A stretch of 64,000 nt of DNA from Tubiluchus corallicola (GCA_030141605.1 JAQGDQ010000819.1:1-64000); one strand, 5' to 3'; positions 31,501 to 44,788 are shown, counted from the stretch's first letter. Made by a program: numbers and translations. Notes: a model not told the origin generated them from the sequence alone.

Positions 31501-34500
31501 AGAGGGTTTGTTAATAGGTGCCTAACCCCTAAGAAAATATCAATAATTGATAATACAATTAACTATCACTGCCGGTAGCTAAATATCATACATATCAATT
31601 AATTGAACATGCAGTGTGAATGGAGCTTAATGTTGCATAAGCATAATGTGAGAAGTATTAAATGTAGTGTGAAACATGACACCATGGTACTCAAATACAA
31701 TTATAAAATTCTTTCATATCCTCTACTGCTTACTTTGGACTTTGAATTACTTCAAATTATTTGACAAAAAAATTAAGAACAAGTCTTAAATGTACAGTTT
31801 GGCATAAAACTATGAAAAACTCCGTTTTGATATGTGTAATAAATAAAACTAACTGACTTGCTGCGTTTGAAATTGCAAAAATATAATTTTTTGTTTACCT
31901 TTGAAGAAATGATAATTTGTGCATTGAAAATAATCAGGTTTGTTTTCAACAATTTGCTAGCAGTGAGAAAGCTAAGTTGCATTTCATAGCAGTTTTCATT
32001 TTCATTCAGCCGCAGTTCGATGCATTGTATGGAAAAGAAGATTTTACAGAACAGGGAATTCGGGAGAAGATAGCTGATTATTCGAGGAAGCATCTTCTGT
32101 GTACGAGGCAGAAATTCCTGCAGTTTATTCTCACCTTCCTACCGTTTCTACAGCAGCTGTACAATTACAAGCCTAAGAAATACATATTAGGAGATATTGT
32201 GTCCGGATTTACCGTAGCTATAATGCATATACCACAGGTAACCTGCTTTTAAAAGTTATGTTACTTTATAGCAATTTTATACACATATCGTACTCGCATT
32301 GAAAGGATTTTTTGTTTGTTCTCATTTTAAATCTTCTGCAAGGTACAAGGTAAATCAGGGAAAGAAAAGGAAATGTTAAATTATGTCCCAAAAAACTTTC
32401 CATGCAAGTTATATTACTTAGCATTTTGCTTACCTGCATGAAAGACTTATGTAACTAGAAAGGAAAATTATTAGTTATTTAAAATGTTTTCACCAATTGG
32501 TAAAATGCCGCTGACTCACCCTCCAGGGTGCACCACTCGCTAACCAAAAACGTATTTTTAATCTTATAGACAATTTACAGTAATTTGAAATTTTGCTTAG
32601 TGACGTGTGTGCTATGGATGCTCTGAGTATTTTTTCAAACTTTACTCAGTGTTATCTAAACTTGTTTCAAATGACTTGTCGTCAAAATGGCTACATCTAA
32701 TGGTCGTTGCGGGAGTTTAAATTTACAAGAATTATACAGCGTTACTGCTGACACAAGCCCTGTATGCAAAAAGGCAGTGTGTAAGTGGTATAAAATTTCG
32801 AGACGAATTTTTAAACTTTATGTTAATGAAGAGTTTTCTTGTGCTTAAAAGGTTGTTTAGACTCAATCTCATTTTAATTTACTACCCAAAATATACATAT
32901 TCTTGCCTATGAAAGTTAGCAATTGTTTCTTATATTTGAACAATTAGCTTAGAAAGTTAATTAACGGCAACAAAACACAGCTATTGCTTACGTCAGAAAC
33001 TAACCACAGTTTGTGCAATGGCTGGCATCTTCCCTTGCACGTCAAGGACATTTGCGTAGGTGTTACAGTACTGTTTATAAACGCATGATGTCATGAAAAA
33101 TGGGCTTTACATCATATGACGTCATGAACACTGCAGTTCATGATCATGCTTATCACGGTACCACCTTCTATTTGTCGGCCACGCGAATGTGACAAAAAGG
33201 CGCAGCTGCCAATCTTAGTAGATTCACTAAGCCGCGCGTAGCTTTGAAAGTTTAACGAAATTTGAGTATCCGAGGTAATTATTATTTAATCTAAGCTTTG
33301 ATTTACAAAAAGCTATTGTAGTTTTCAATATTTTAGAGCATTCTTTATTCTGAACTCATCCGGTTTTCCTTTAAAACATTTGACCATATTAGCACAAGAA
33401 CTGTACAAAGAAATTTGTGAGAATAAAAACATTATAATGAAGTAAAAATGGCTGAATTTTTAGAGCTTTTGCAAATTATCCTTCGTTTTTTTACAGGGAA
33501 TGGGATATGGTCTCTTGGCTTCAGTTTCTCCTGTAAACGGATTGTACACCTCATTTTTCCCACCTCTAATTTATTTCTTCTTTGGAACGTCTCGACACAT
33601 ATCCATTGGTACGTATGATGTTTGGAAAGTTTAAGAAGCTCGTATGTTCACTGTTTATGCATCTTCTAAAATTATTTGACCATGTCTTTTGATCTATGCA
33701 TCTACTTGAATACACAACATTTGGCTTCATGTCTTTTGATCTACACGTCTACTTGCATACACAACATTTGGCTTCATGTCTTTTGATCTACACGTCTACT
33801 TGCGTACACAACATTTGGCTTCATGTCTTTTGATCTACACGTCTACTTGCATACACAACATTTGGCTTCATGTCTTTTGATCTACACGTCTACTTGCACA
33901 CACAATATTTGGCTTCATGTCTTTTGATCTACACGTCTACTTGCATACACAACATTTGGCTTCATGTCTTTTGACCTACACGTCTACTTGCATACACAAC
34001 ATCATTGGTTGTTGTTAAGTTTGACTGTAAAAGTGCCAAAACTTCCAGCTGATCGTTTCAGTTGTATAATTTATATATATTTGTTATTTCTTATGTGTTT
34101 GTTTTCGTTATTATAGCTATAATGTAATAACTCTGCGTAAGAATCTCATTGTATTTTAATGTATATCTTAATAATAAATTAATGTATATGTCAATAATTA
34201 ATTATAAATTGTAGTATTGCTTAAGCTTAATTGTTGTCAAAAATATGATGTCAAAAACTCTAATGTTCTAGAACTGCTTGACATGAGGCAAAAGTCTGGC
34301 TTGATTTTAATGTAAAATTAAATTAAATGATTTAGCGTCTCTTTAAAATTGCACTATTCCTGATGAAGTTGAATTTTTCTCTAATTCCAGGGATGAGAAT
34401 TTTGCGCAGATACGTGAAATTTCGAGTTTTTGGAAGATCATTAATGCCATTTTTATAAATCGCGTAAATTCGTTGAGAAAATTTTTACGGACCCAGTACA

Positions 34501-37500
34501 TTATTTCACAAGCTGACCACTAGGTGGCAGGCCGTCACTTTGTTTACATCACGTACATCAGTGTAACCACGTGTAGATCTCTATGTATAAAAATGTAGAA
34601 TCAATTGTGCGGAGTTATTTGAGTCAATTGCGGACAGTTTTTATATACTTTTGCATAGGAGCGGCCAGTACTTAGGCATTTTTGAAACAATTAGGTATCA
34701 TGTATCCTTGATAGTTGGGTATTTTAAATTATGTATGAAACAAGGTAACTGATATTTTAATTCCACTTAGAGGCTCTCTATGGTCACAAAATTGCAATTT
34801 GTTGCTGGCTTCCCTTGAACTCCCATGGGGGCGCCTACACGGCCCTCAAACCCCCTGCCTGTTTCAGAGTTTTTTGCCTTTTTCCACCAGGTGGTTCCCA
34901 GCGTAACGCTATTTTGGAGTGGCATTGTTCTGATAGGCGTAGAATATGTCCAGCCAATCTCAGCCTTCTCTCTGTGACTATTTCCTGCAACCGCCTCGAC
35001 TGCGCCTGCTGTAGGACTTCCACATGGTCGCGATAGGCTATTTTTAGGATTTTCCGAAGACATTTATGGTGAAAGACGTCCAGTTTCTTTGATATCGCTG
35101 CTGTGACTTTCCAGGTTTCGCTGACATAAAGAGCCATTGGTAGCACAATGGTGTTTTACAAATGAAGCTTGATTTTCTTGTCCATTTTCTTGTTTGCCCA
35201 GATTTTTCTAATCTTCCTAAATACTGCTGCTGCTTTGTCAATTCTCACCCTGATGTCGCTTTCTGTGCCTCCATCACAACTCATCACACTGCCAAGATAT
35301 GAAAAGCTGGCAACGTTCTCAATCAGTTGACCTCCCACTGATATTAGATTAGCCTTTGCAAATTGTAACTGTAGCTATTCTTTCCCTGGGAGCAGAAAAT
35401 ACACTAATATTTACAAGCTTTCTGTGATCAGAGAATCATCTTGTTGTGGAGATCACTGCCATCAATTAGAATTGCATAGAACATTGTAGAATGTTCCGTC
35501 GAAGTGACCGCCTTACTGTCTGGATTGTTCTCGAACATTTGTTCGAGAAGTTTCTGCGGTGCGCTATATAAGGCTGCCGACACGGAATTGCACATCGCAC
35601 ATCTCGCACAGATCTAACACAGACTTATACTTGTATACTTACCTTTTCAGATATACTTAAACGTTTTCCAGATTTTCACGTTTATTGTGATCATTTCGAT
35701 GTTCCTTCATCTTTGTGTTATAGAATTCTCGCTAAATAAAGTAGTAATATTTAACAGCGTGTTTTCTGGTTTTCTCTACGAGCCTTCTGAGAGAAACAAA
35801 ACATCTGTAAGCATCTATTAACATGAGATGTAGATGATCAACCCTCCTTGCAGGATTTCTGTTCTTTTGAATAAAAATCGACTAGGTGTGCGTCTAATTT
35901 TCTTCATCATGTTAACTGCAGGTACATTTGCCGTGGTAAGCCTAATGGTAGCAGGTGTAGTAGACAAGTATGAACCACTCTTAATAGCAGATGATGATAT
36001 TCTTTTGACAGACATGGAAAATAAGTCCCGCAGTATTTTAGCATTCACAACACAAACACCTGTTGCAGGTCTGTATACATTTGTTGTTATTATTGTAAAT
36101 TTCAGAATTTGAACTTGCGATTCTGTCTGAAAAGTTTCGTGATTGACTGGGAAGCCATCTATCAACTAACTGAGTTACTAAGAATTACGAATTCGAATGT
36201 TACCACCATAAGTTAAGACATATTGTCATTTTTTCAACAAAACCCTAGCGATTGTGTGGAAATAAATTTAGTAAGACGAGTACCAGTATTATCGGTATTT
36301 TACAAGTATTGTTATTGTAGTTTTCTTTCTTCGGTCATAAATTCGTAGAGAAATTAAACACAGTTATACATTGTAATACGGCATTTCAGTTTCGGTTGTA
36401 AATTGCAGAAATTTCCCATTTTTTATGAGTGAAATGTTTCAGAATTTCTTGCAGCTGGCAAAAGGCCAGTCTAATTATAATCTACTTTAAGAATAACGAA
36501 ATAACCTTGTATATAAAATGAGTGCAACAATTTTGGTAAAAACAAGATGTTGACAATACACGATGCTCACGCGTATCTTATGCTTAGTTCATTTACAAGT
36601 AATGCTTATTCTTTAAAGTGGTTTGTTTTGTTGTCTCTTGCTCTGCCAGAAATAGCTGAAATTGTGAATGGTATTAGATCTATGGTGAATGTTGTTATAA
36701 CTACGTCTATATCTACGATAATATGTTTTTGACTTGTGATGCACTTATCTTTTGTATTTGAAGATTATCCGCCTAACATTGAAAGCAGGGAGGATGAGAA
36801 TTTTGTGCGGATATGCGGAATTCCGAGTTTTTGGAAGACCAGTAGTGCCAGTTTTGTAAATCGCGTAAATTCGTTGAGAAAATTTTTACGGGTCTAGTAT
36901 ATTATTTCACAAACTGACCACTAGTTGGCAGGCCGTCACTTTGTTTACATCACGTACATCAGTGTAACCACGTGTATATCTCTATGTATAAAAATATAGA
37001 ATCAATTGTGCCGAGTTATTTGAGTCAATTGCAGACAGTTTTTATATACTTTTGCATAGGAGCGGCCAGTACTTAGGCGTTTTTGAGACAATTAGGTATC
37101 ATGTATCCTTGATAGTAGGGTATTTTAAATTATGCCTGAAACAAGGTAATTGATATTTTAAGTCCACTTAGAGGCTCTCTATAGTCACAAAATTGCAATT
37201 TGTTGCTGGCTCCAAAGGGGCTTCACGGCCCCCAAACCCCCGGGCCTGTTTCAGAGTTTTTTTGCAATTTGTCATTCTCATCCCTGTGAAAGATAAACGT
37301 GCTTTTTGGCCATTTCTTACGAGTTGATACCTTTTTTTAGATACTCAGAAGTACACTGCCGTCCAAGTTGCAACAGCCGTGACTTTACTCGTCGGATTCT
37401 TTCACATTGCGATGTATTTACTCCGGCTGGGTTCACTCACTACATTCCTATCTGATCAACTCATCAGTGGATTCACAGTTGGCGCTGCAATGCACGTGCT

Positions 37501-39067
37501 TGTATCACAAGCTAAGTACATTCTAGGCCTAAAAATACAGCGGTTTAACGGCGCGTTTAAGCTCGTTCGTACAGTAGTTGCCATTTGTAAGAATATAGCA
37601 AAGTCTAACGTAGCAGAAATATTGATATCGTTAGTTTGCATAACTGTTATGGTTATCGTAAAACAGTTATTGGATCCCCACGCTAAACCATTTATAAAAA
37701 TGCCCATACCGATAGAGGTTATTGTTGTTGTAGTATCTACCGGAGTAACGTACGCACTTGATTTTAATGCTGCATATAATGTTAGTATAGTAGGAGAGAT
37801 TCCTACGGGAGTACCTAAGCCAGAACTTCCCCCGGGAGAGTTAATGGGCGATATGATTGGTGAAGCGTTCGCAATAGCCGTCGTTTCTTTCACCGTGTCT
37901 GTTTCAATGGCAAAGATCTTAGGTAAACGACACGGATATCAAATAGACACCAATCAGGAGCTGTTTGCGCAAGGCTGCGCAAATGTGGTGACAGCTTTCT
38001 TTTCCGGTTTTGCTTCGGCTGCATCGTTATCAAGAAGTTTAGTGCAGTCCAACGTGGGCGGAGTAACACAAGTATCTAGTATAATATCGTGCATTATCAT
38101 GTTGTTCGTGCTGCTTCTAATTGGTCCACTGTTTGAAACGCTTCCCACTGCTGTGCTTGCGTCAATTATAGTCGTTGCTTTGAAAGGGGTTCTCGTGCAG
38201 TACCGGGAACTGCCCTATTTATGGCGTTCATCCAAAAGTGACTTTTTCATATGGGCCGTCACATGGACAGCAACAGTGTTTATTGACGTTAAATATGGGC
38301 TGATTCTAGGACTAGGTTGGTCCCTGTTAACTATTGTATGGCACACACAACGACCTTTCATTGCTACTCTCGGTCAGATGCTCAACAGTAATATTTATAA
38401 GGACATTACAGTCTACGATCAGGCAAAGCAGATTCCCGGAATAAAAGTATTCCGGTACGAATCATCGCTCTATTTTGCGAATGCGGAGTTTTTCCGCAAC
38501 AGACTGTACAAAATGTCGGGCATAAATCTGTACAAACTAAAGAAGCAGATAAGAAAAAAGAAAGAGAGAGAGTTGGTCGGAGAAACTATGAACAGCGTAG
38601 GTGATTTTCCGCTAACTCAACTTGATGAAGAAAGAGAAGTGATGACAAAGAACAAATATTCCACTGATATAAAATACATTATTGTCGACTGTTCAATGTT
38701 TGGGTACATCGATCTAGTCGGCGTGAATACGCTTGCTCAGGTGATTGCAGAGTTTGACGAGGTTGGAGTCACTATCATTTTGTCAGAGTGCCACTTTACG
38801 GTTCGGAAAATGTTATTACGTACCAAAAAGGTATCGAAGGATAGACTTCACTTCACTCTCCATGACGCAGTGTTATTTGCAAGAGATGTAATGGCACAAA
38901 ACCAGGATGGTACCGTCAACCAGAGTACTTCACAAAATCACCTGGTAAATAGAAGAATCAGTGCAGAAGCTGCGAAGAGGTTGTTGGAGAAAGCATCCAG
39001 TTTTGACAGTTTGTCGTCCAATTCCTCTTCATACGTATCGGCTAGACAGCCGTCTGATATCGTATGA
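28453..39067 (+). CDS. SLC26: SLC26 anion transporter, prestin/pendrin-like, paralog 1 (about 768 aa)
   Basis: Exons 28453-28545, 32010-32237, 33497-33608, 35922-36068, 37341-39067; all GT/AG, phases 0,0,1,1. Motifs [49 protein letters not shown] and a STAS domain (LYFAN, IIVDCS, HDAV). Exact subfamily not resolvable by eye. Confidence 0.95.
28726..29207. mobile_element. hAT MITE, same family as 9365-9740
   Basis: CAGGGGTGTGCAAA...TTTGCACACCACTG with collinear interior. Confidence 0.82.
29545..30002. mobile_element. piggyBac-type MITE
   Basis: TTAA-CCCTTTCA...TGAAAGGG-TTAA. Confidence 0.8.
32010..32237 (+). CDS. SLC26: SLC26 paralog 1 coding exon 2
   Basis: ttcag|[11 protein letters not shown]...[16 protein letters not shown]|gtaacc. 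Confidence 0.92.
32849..33370. mobile_element. Kolobok-like TTAA MITE with eroded TIRs
   Basis: TTAA on both sides; collinear with 51770-52279. Confidence 0.7.
33497..33608 (+). CDS. SLC26: SLC26 paralog 1 coding exon 3
   Basis: ttacag|[38 protein letters not shown]|gtacgt. Confidence 0.95.
33681..34002. repeat. 47-bp tandem repeat, about 7 copies
   Basis: CATGTCTTTTGATCTACACGTCTACTTGCATACACAACATTTGGCTT. Confidence 0.93.
34388..34877 (+). mobile_element. CAGGGATG MITE copy, right end lost at an RTE fragment
   Basis: Collinear with 36786-37286 from CAGGGATGAGAAT to GTTTCAGAGTTTTTTGC. Confidence 0.82.
34875..35350 (-). mobile_element. RTE-clade LINE fragment (post-RT region), decayed
   Basis: VASFSYLGS...DIRVRIDKA...LYVSETW...[16 protein letters not shown]...[11 protein letters not shown]...WEPPGGKR with one in-frame stop. 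Confidence 0.88.
35442..35803 (+). mobile_element. Solo LTR of the same Gypsy family
   Basis: Starts TGTTGTGGAGATC, contains CTATATAAG and AATAAA, ends GAGAGAAACAAAACA; homologous to 24711-24209; probable TSD CATCT. Confidence 0.85.
35922..36068 (+). CDS. SLC26: SLC26 paralog 1 coding exon 4
   Basis: ctgcag|[19 protein letters not shown]...TPVA|gtctgt. Confidence 0.9.
36786..37286. mobile_element. Complete MITE with CAGGG termini (hAT-like)
   Basis: TIR CAGGG(AG)GATGAGAAT / ATTCTCATCCCTG; TGAAAG on both flanks; three copies in the window. Confidence 0.82.
37341..39067 (+). CDS. SLC26: SLC26 paralog 1 terminal exon (most TM helices plus STAS)
   Basis: ttttttag acceptor; 575-codon open frame ending ...RQPSDIV*. 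Confidence 0.97.
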
Positions 39068-39529
39068 TATTGTACAATAGACTGTTAACGTCTTGAGACA
39101 TTTTACAAGTAAATATCGTCTCGGGAATAGGAAGTATCAGCTAGGCAGCCATCTGATATCGTATGATATTGTACAATAGACTGCTAACGTCTCTAGACAT
39201 TTTACAAGTAAATATTGTCTCGGGAATAGGAAGTATCAGCTAGGCAACCATCTGATATCGTATGATATTGTACGATAGACTGTTAACGTCTTGAGACATT
39301 TTACAAGTAAATATCGTCTCGGGAATAGGAAGTATCAGCTAGGCAACCATCTGATATCGTATGATATTGTACGATAGACTGTTAACGTCTTGAGACATTT
39401 TACAAGTAAATATCGTCTCGGGAATAGGAAGTATCAGCTAGGCAACCATCTGATATCGTATGATATTGTACAATAGACTGCTAACGTATCTAGACATTTT
39501 ACAAGTAAATATCGTCTCCGGAATAGGAA
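39035..39529. repeat. 99-bp tandem repeat, 5 copies, overlapping the SLC26 stop codon
   Basis: TGATATCGTATGA at 39055, 39154, 39253 and onward. Confidence 0.95.
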
Positions 39530-40741
39530 CACTTATCCGTACGAAAAGTGATGACAGCAAAAGCATAGAACGGTTCAGTCCACCATCGTGAAATTAAGCA
39601 CAAAAGCACAAAATGGAGAGCACAATGAACAGCACAAAAAACAGTAGAACAGGAACACAGTAAGCACAACTATCACGAATGACACAGCAGTGGATACATA
39701 CTGGGCGTAGTCGACCACTTCACTAACTTGCGCGCAACTTTCTGATATCGATTACTTTGCTAAGTATTTAAGTAATGAAAGGAATACTTTTATGTTAATA
39801 AATTTATAATTTGAAACGTGAAAAATGCAAAATGCATTGAAAATAATTTTCAACACGAGCAAGTCACAAATGTAAACGCTGTCATACGTAAAACTGATAC
39901 AGCTTTCGGTGAATTTTAGCATGCCCTGGGGTAGAGATTTGTTTAGCTACCCTCATTGGTAGGAACATTTCTACCAACATTTCACAATGGATGAAGCAGA
40001 AGAGAAAGGTATCAAATTCAGTCAGCTTCACATTAGTCAAAGAGGAGCGAATAGCTGAGAAGTCACAGTGTGTGTTTTGCTCTAAAACTATACAGCACTG
40101 AAGCCTCGTTAACTGGAGCGTCTTCTAGTAAGTTTCATATTCCAAACTGTGGCAGCCCTTGACCGTTTCTCTGATTTATAGTATCAGTACGTAAGTCAAG
40201 ACACGTCTGACAGTCCAGTGCCTCAGCTGTTAGGATTATCCTTGATGGTGGAACTGATTCGAGTCAACATTCAGCATTGTTAGTAGTCCTTGTCTTTGAG
40301 CTGTACGGCTTGCAGTATGTTGCAGAATTATATAAAATATTATGTGCCTAATAAAGTAGTATTGAGCCATTTCAACTGAACGAAACCTATTTCTCCATGC
40401 AGTCAAGTTAAGAAGCAATTGCGTTTTGAAATGGTCTGATATCTAGTCGTTTTAACTCGTTAACTCTCCGCAGTAAAACATAAGATAAGTAGGTCTGGTA
40501 AAAAATTTTAATTGATATATAAATTATGTGCTCAGAATTATGATGCTATACTTATACTTATGTCAGGTGCATATCAAGACATGCCACAGGCTGATAGAGC
40601 TGTTTCACCCATCTGCATTGTGAATTCATTATTTATTATGTAATGACCAGATTAAACAATTACTTGTGGTGTATTAATAATAGTGTTTAGTTTCTGCATG
40701 GTCATTGTTACGTGTATATAAACTGCCTTTATATAGAAGCG

Positions 40742-41610
40742 AGATGGGCTACTGCTTGTTGTGTGGTAGCTTTGTACTTGTTCGTTATATGGCACTTATA
40801 TAGCAACTGATCTCTGTAACTGCCTGTGGTGTGTTATACTATGCTTGTTTTACATGAATATGAACGGATACAATGAAACTTCGGTGCCTTAGGCTATAAC
40901 CTACCAGGTAGTTAGCCTCTTAGTTAATACGCACCTGGCTAATGTTAAATTCAGATGTTGCAAGGCACACCTAGTCAAACAGTCAGCAATTATCTAGTAT
41001 CTACAGCATGTTTTTTATGTAAGGAGATAATTCTCTGAAGGACTTTGGAGATCCTAGTCTGAAATTGACAATGAATAATACCCATTTCTTTAAAACTTGT
41101 TGCATACGCACACGGATGCACACGGGTAGTAACACGACTTGCACATAACTCAAACAATCTCATTTATATAAGCACTAGATGGGCTACTGCTTGTTGTGTG
41201 GTAGCTTTGTACTTGTTCGTTATATGGCACTTATATAGCAACTGATCTCTGTAACTGCCTGTGGTGTGTTATACTATGCTTGTTTTACATGAATATGAAC
41301 GGATACAATGAAACTTCGGTGCCTTAGGCTATAACCTACCAGGTAGTTAGCCTCTTAGTTAATACGCACCTGGCTAATGTTAAATTCAGATGTTGCAAGG
41401 CACACCTAGTCAAACAGTCAGCAATTATCTAGTATCTACAGCATGTTTTTTATGTAAGGAGATAATTCTCTGAAGGACTTTGGAGATCCTAGTCTGAAAT
41501 TGACAATGAATAATACCCATTTCTTTAAAACTTGTTGCATACGCACACGGATGCACACGGGTAGTAACACGACTTGCACATAACTCAAACAATCTCATTT
41601 ATATAAGCAC
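40742..41610. repeat. Apparently exact tandem duplication, 435-bp period
   Basis: AGATGGGCTACTGCTTGTTG starts at 40742 and 41177; no differences seen by eye. Confidence 0.95.
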
Positions 41611-41976
41611 CCATATACTTCTCGCAACTGCCAGTCTAATCAGCTCCAATTACTGATATTTACGCAATTACGAAATAAGTAAAAAAGTAACAATAATGTC
41701 CATCTTAAGCGAATTGTTGATTTCGTTGCAACTTTGTCCATTTAAATACTAGTTCTTGTTACCTTGTACTTTAAATGAGCATGCACAACTTTCCTAGCCA
41801 AAAGATTTGCACTATTATTTATTATTTGGGATGTATATTTGGTAAAATTCTGTCGTTTAATTCTAGTCACTTTATATACTCTTATATTCACTCTTGCAAT
41901 CATGTACAAAATTAGCTATGTGTACTCTGTTTGTATATATTACAACTCTGTACATCTTATTTACTACCTTTGTGTA

Positions 41977-42448
41977 CAGTCAACCTCGGGTATAAGGTAC
42001 TCGCTTATAAGGGACCACCAACACAGGTCCCGATTTTTCGTAACGTTTTTCCTTATAAAAATATTTGTATATAAGGTACTCGGATATAAGGGACTTTCGG
42101 TTATAACGGACGATGTCTTCAGGTCCCGCATAACAGAAACCCAAGTAAATTACCTCGCATATAAGGGACCCTGTGATCAAAGCAAAATTGATTGATTTTT
42201 AACCTAAATTTTTCGAAAACTCGGCCTTTGAACAGCTCGGTTTCCGCGGTCACATACATCTCGCATCACTGAAGGAGCTTCCTACATACCGTTTGCACGG
42301 AATGTGTAGCAATAATCCATAAAAATACGGGTAAAAGTACAGGTCTAGATACACCCTCGGTCTGACTCAACTTCGGCTATGAGGGACAAAGGATATAAGG
42401 CAGGATTTTTTCCGGTCTCGACGTGCCCCTTATATCCGAGATTGACTG
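41977..42448. mobile_element. pogo/Tc1-mariner-type MITE
   Basis: TA-CAGTCAACCTCGG...CCGAGATTGACTG; second copy at 57657-58120. Confidence 0.82.
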
Positions 42449-42691
42449 CATTACTTTTTACTCGAGTCTAGCAAGACTATGTTTAACAGATCAGGAACAG
42501 TGTAGCATTAACATTGTTATTAAATTGAGTAAGAATTAAACTTGATCCATGTTGATAATCCGTTGTTCATGAAATGCCTCCAAAGTTTTCATAATTCAGA
42601 GTTTGCTGATAACTTATGTCATTGTAATTGTTTTATTAATAATTAAATTGTGGCTTTATCTGTGATCAGTGTGACATGCTTAGTATTTATT

Positions 42692-43576
42692 TATATAGTA
42701 TTTAGTTATATAGTGTTATGTAGTATTTAGTTACATAGTGTTATATACTATTTAGTTACGTAGTGTTATATAGTATTTAGTTACACAGTGTTATATAGTG
42801 TTTAGTTACACAGTGTTATATAGTATTTAGTTACACAGTGTTATATACTATTTAGTTACACAGTGTTATATAGTATTTAGTTACACAGTGTTATATAGTG
42901 TTTAGTTACATAGTGTTATATAGTGTTTAGTTACACAGTGTTATATAGTGTTTAGTTACATAGTGTTATATAGTATTTAGTTACACAGTGTTATATAGTA
43001 TTTAGTTACACAGTGTTATATAGTATTTAGTTACACAGTGTTATATAGTATTTAGTTACACAGTGTTATATAGTATTTAGTTACACAGTGTTATATAGTA
43101 TTTAGTTACACAGTGTTATATAGTATTTAGTTACACAGTGTTATATAGTATTTAGTTACACAGTGTTATATAGTATTTAGTTACACAGTGTTATATAGTA
43201 TTTAGTTACACAGTGTTATATAGTATTTAGTTACACAGTGTTATATAGTGTTTAGTTACACAGTGTTATATAGTATTTAGTTACACAGTGTTATATAGTG
43301 TTTAGTTACACAGTGTTATATAGTATTTAGTTACACAGTGTTATATAGTATTTAGTTACACAGTGTTATATAGTATTTAGTTACACAGTGTTATATAGTA
43401 TTTAGTTACACAGTGTTATATAGTATTTAGTTACACAGTGTTATATAGTATTTAGTTACATAGTGTTATATAGTATTTAGTTACACAGTGTTATATAGTA
43501 TTTAGTTACACAGTGTTATATAGTATTTAGTTACACAGTGTTATATAGTATTTAGTTACACAGTGTTATATAGTAT
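42692..43576. repeat. Minisatellite, 25-bp unit, about 35 copies
   Basis: TAGTATTTAGTTACACAGTGTTATA. Confidence 0.96.
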
Positions 43577-43974
43577 ACAATAATTGTAACAGAACTACAT
43601 TAGTATACTATAGCGTGGTATAGTTAGGGAAAAAATTCGAAATACAATTAGAAAAACTTAACAGAAGTATATTAACATAGTTACTAAACTACATAATAGT
43701 TTGTCAACAAGAAATAGATGCTGCATGGTGGTCAAGAAGCAAAGCTTGTAAGACCACCGTGAAAAGTGAAGAAAAAACGACTTAATTTACAAGAGAGAGA
43801 ATTATAGGAAAACAGGGAGTAGTTAAGATAAAATAATAGACAGAGATAGAGAAAAAGAGAGAAGAAATGAAATAGAAAGGAGTTGTAAAAAAATTCTTGT
43901 TAAAAGCAAGTATAATGTAGTGTGTAGTGATAATATTGTAACTGCTTATAGATTGTCTGTGATTGATGCTTAAT

Positions 43975-44788
43975 CTGTGATGTACACTGCCTATGTGCTG
44001 TGATGTACACTGCCTATGTGCTGTGATGTACACTGCCTATGTGCTGTGATGTACACTGCCTATGTGCTGTGATGTACACTGCCCATGTGCTGTGATGTAC
44101 ACTGCCTATGTGCTGTGATGTACACTGCCTATGTGCTGTGATGTACACTGCCTATGTGCTGTGATGTACACTGCCTATGTGCTGTGATGTACACTGCCTA
44201 TGTGCTGTGATGTACACTGCCTATGTGCTGTGATGTACACTGCCTATGTGCTGTGATGTGCACTGCCCATGTGCTGTGATGTACACTGCCCATGTGCTGT
44301 GATGTGCACTGCCCATGTGCTGTGATGTGCACTGCCCATGTGCTGTGATGTACACTGCCTATGTGCTGTGATGTACACTGCCCATGTGCTGTGATGTACA
44401 CTGCCCATATGCTGTGATGTACACTGCCCATGTGCTGTGATGTACACTGCCCATGTGCTGTGATGTACACTGCCCATGTGCTGTGATGTACATTGCCCAT
44501 GTGCTGTGATGTACACTGCCCATGTGCTGTGATGTACACTGCCCATGTGCTGTGATGTACACTGCCTACGTGCTGTGATGTACACTGCCTATGTGCTCTG
44601 ATGTACACTGCCCATGTGCTGTGATGTACACTGCCTATGTGCTGTGATGTACACTGCCTATGTGCTGTGATGTACACTGCCCATGTGCTGTGATGTACTG
44701 CCCATGTGCTGTGATGTACACTGCCTATGTGCTGTGATGTACTCTGCCTATGTGCTGTGATGTACATTGCTTATGTGCTGTGATGTAC
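43975..44788. repeat. Minisatellite, 23-bp unit, about 35 copies
   Basis: TGTGATGTACACTGCC(T/C)ATGTGC. Confidence 0.96.

Noticed and set aside
37456-38148. Antisense ORFs over SLC26 (also 53176-54652)
   Set aside because: Shadow frames of a real coding exon
43782-44767. His-rich repeat ORFs
   Set aside because: 23-bp unit is not a multiple of 3; translation cycles through the frames
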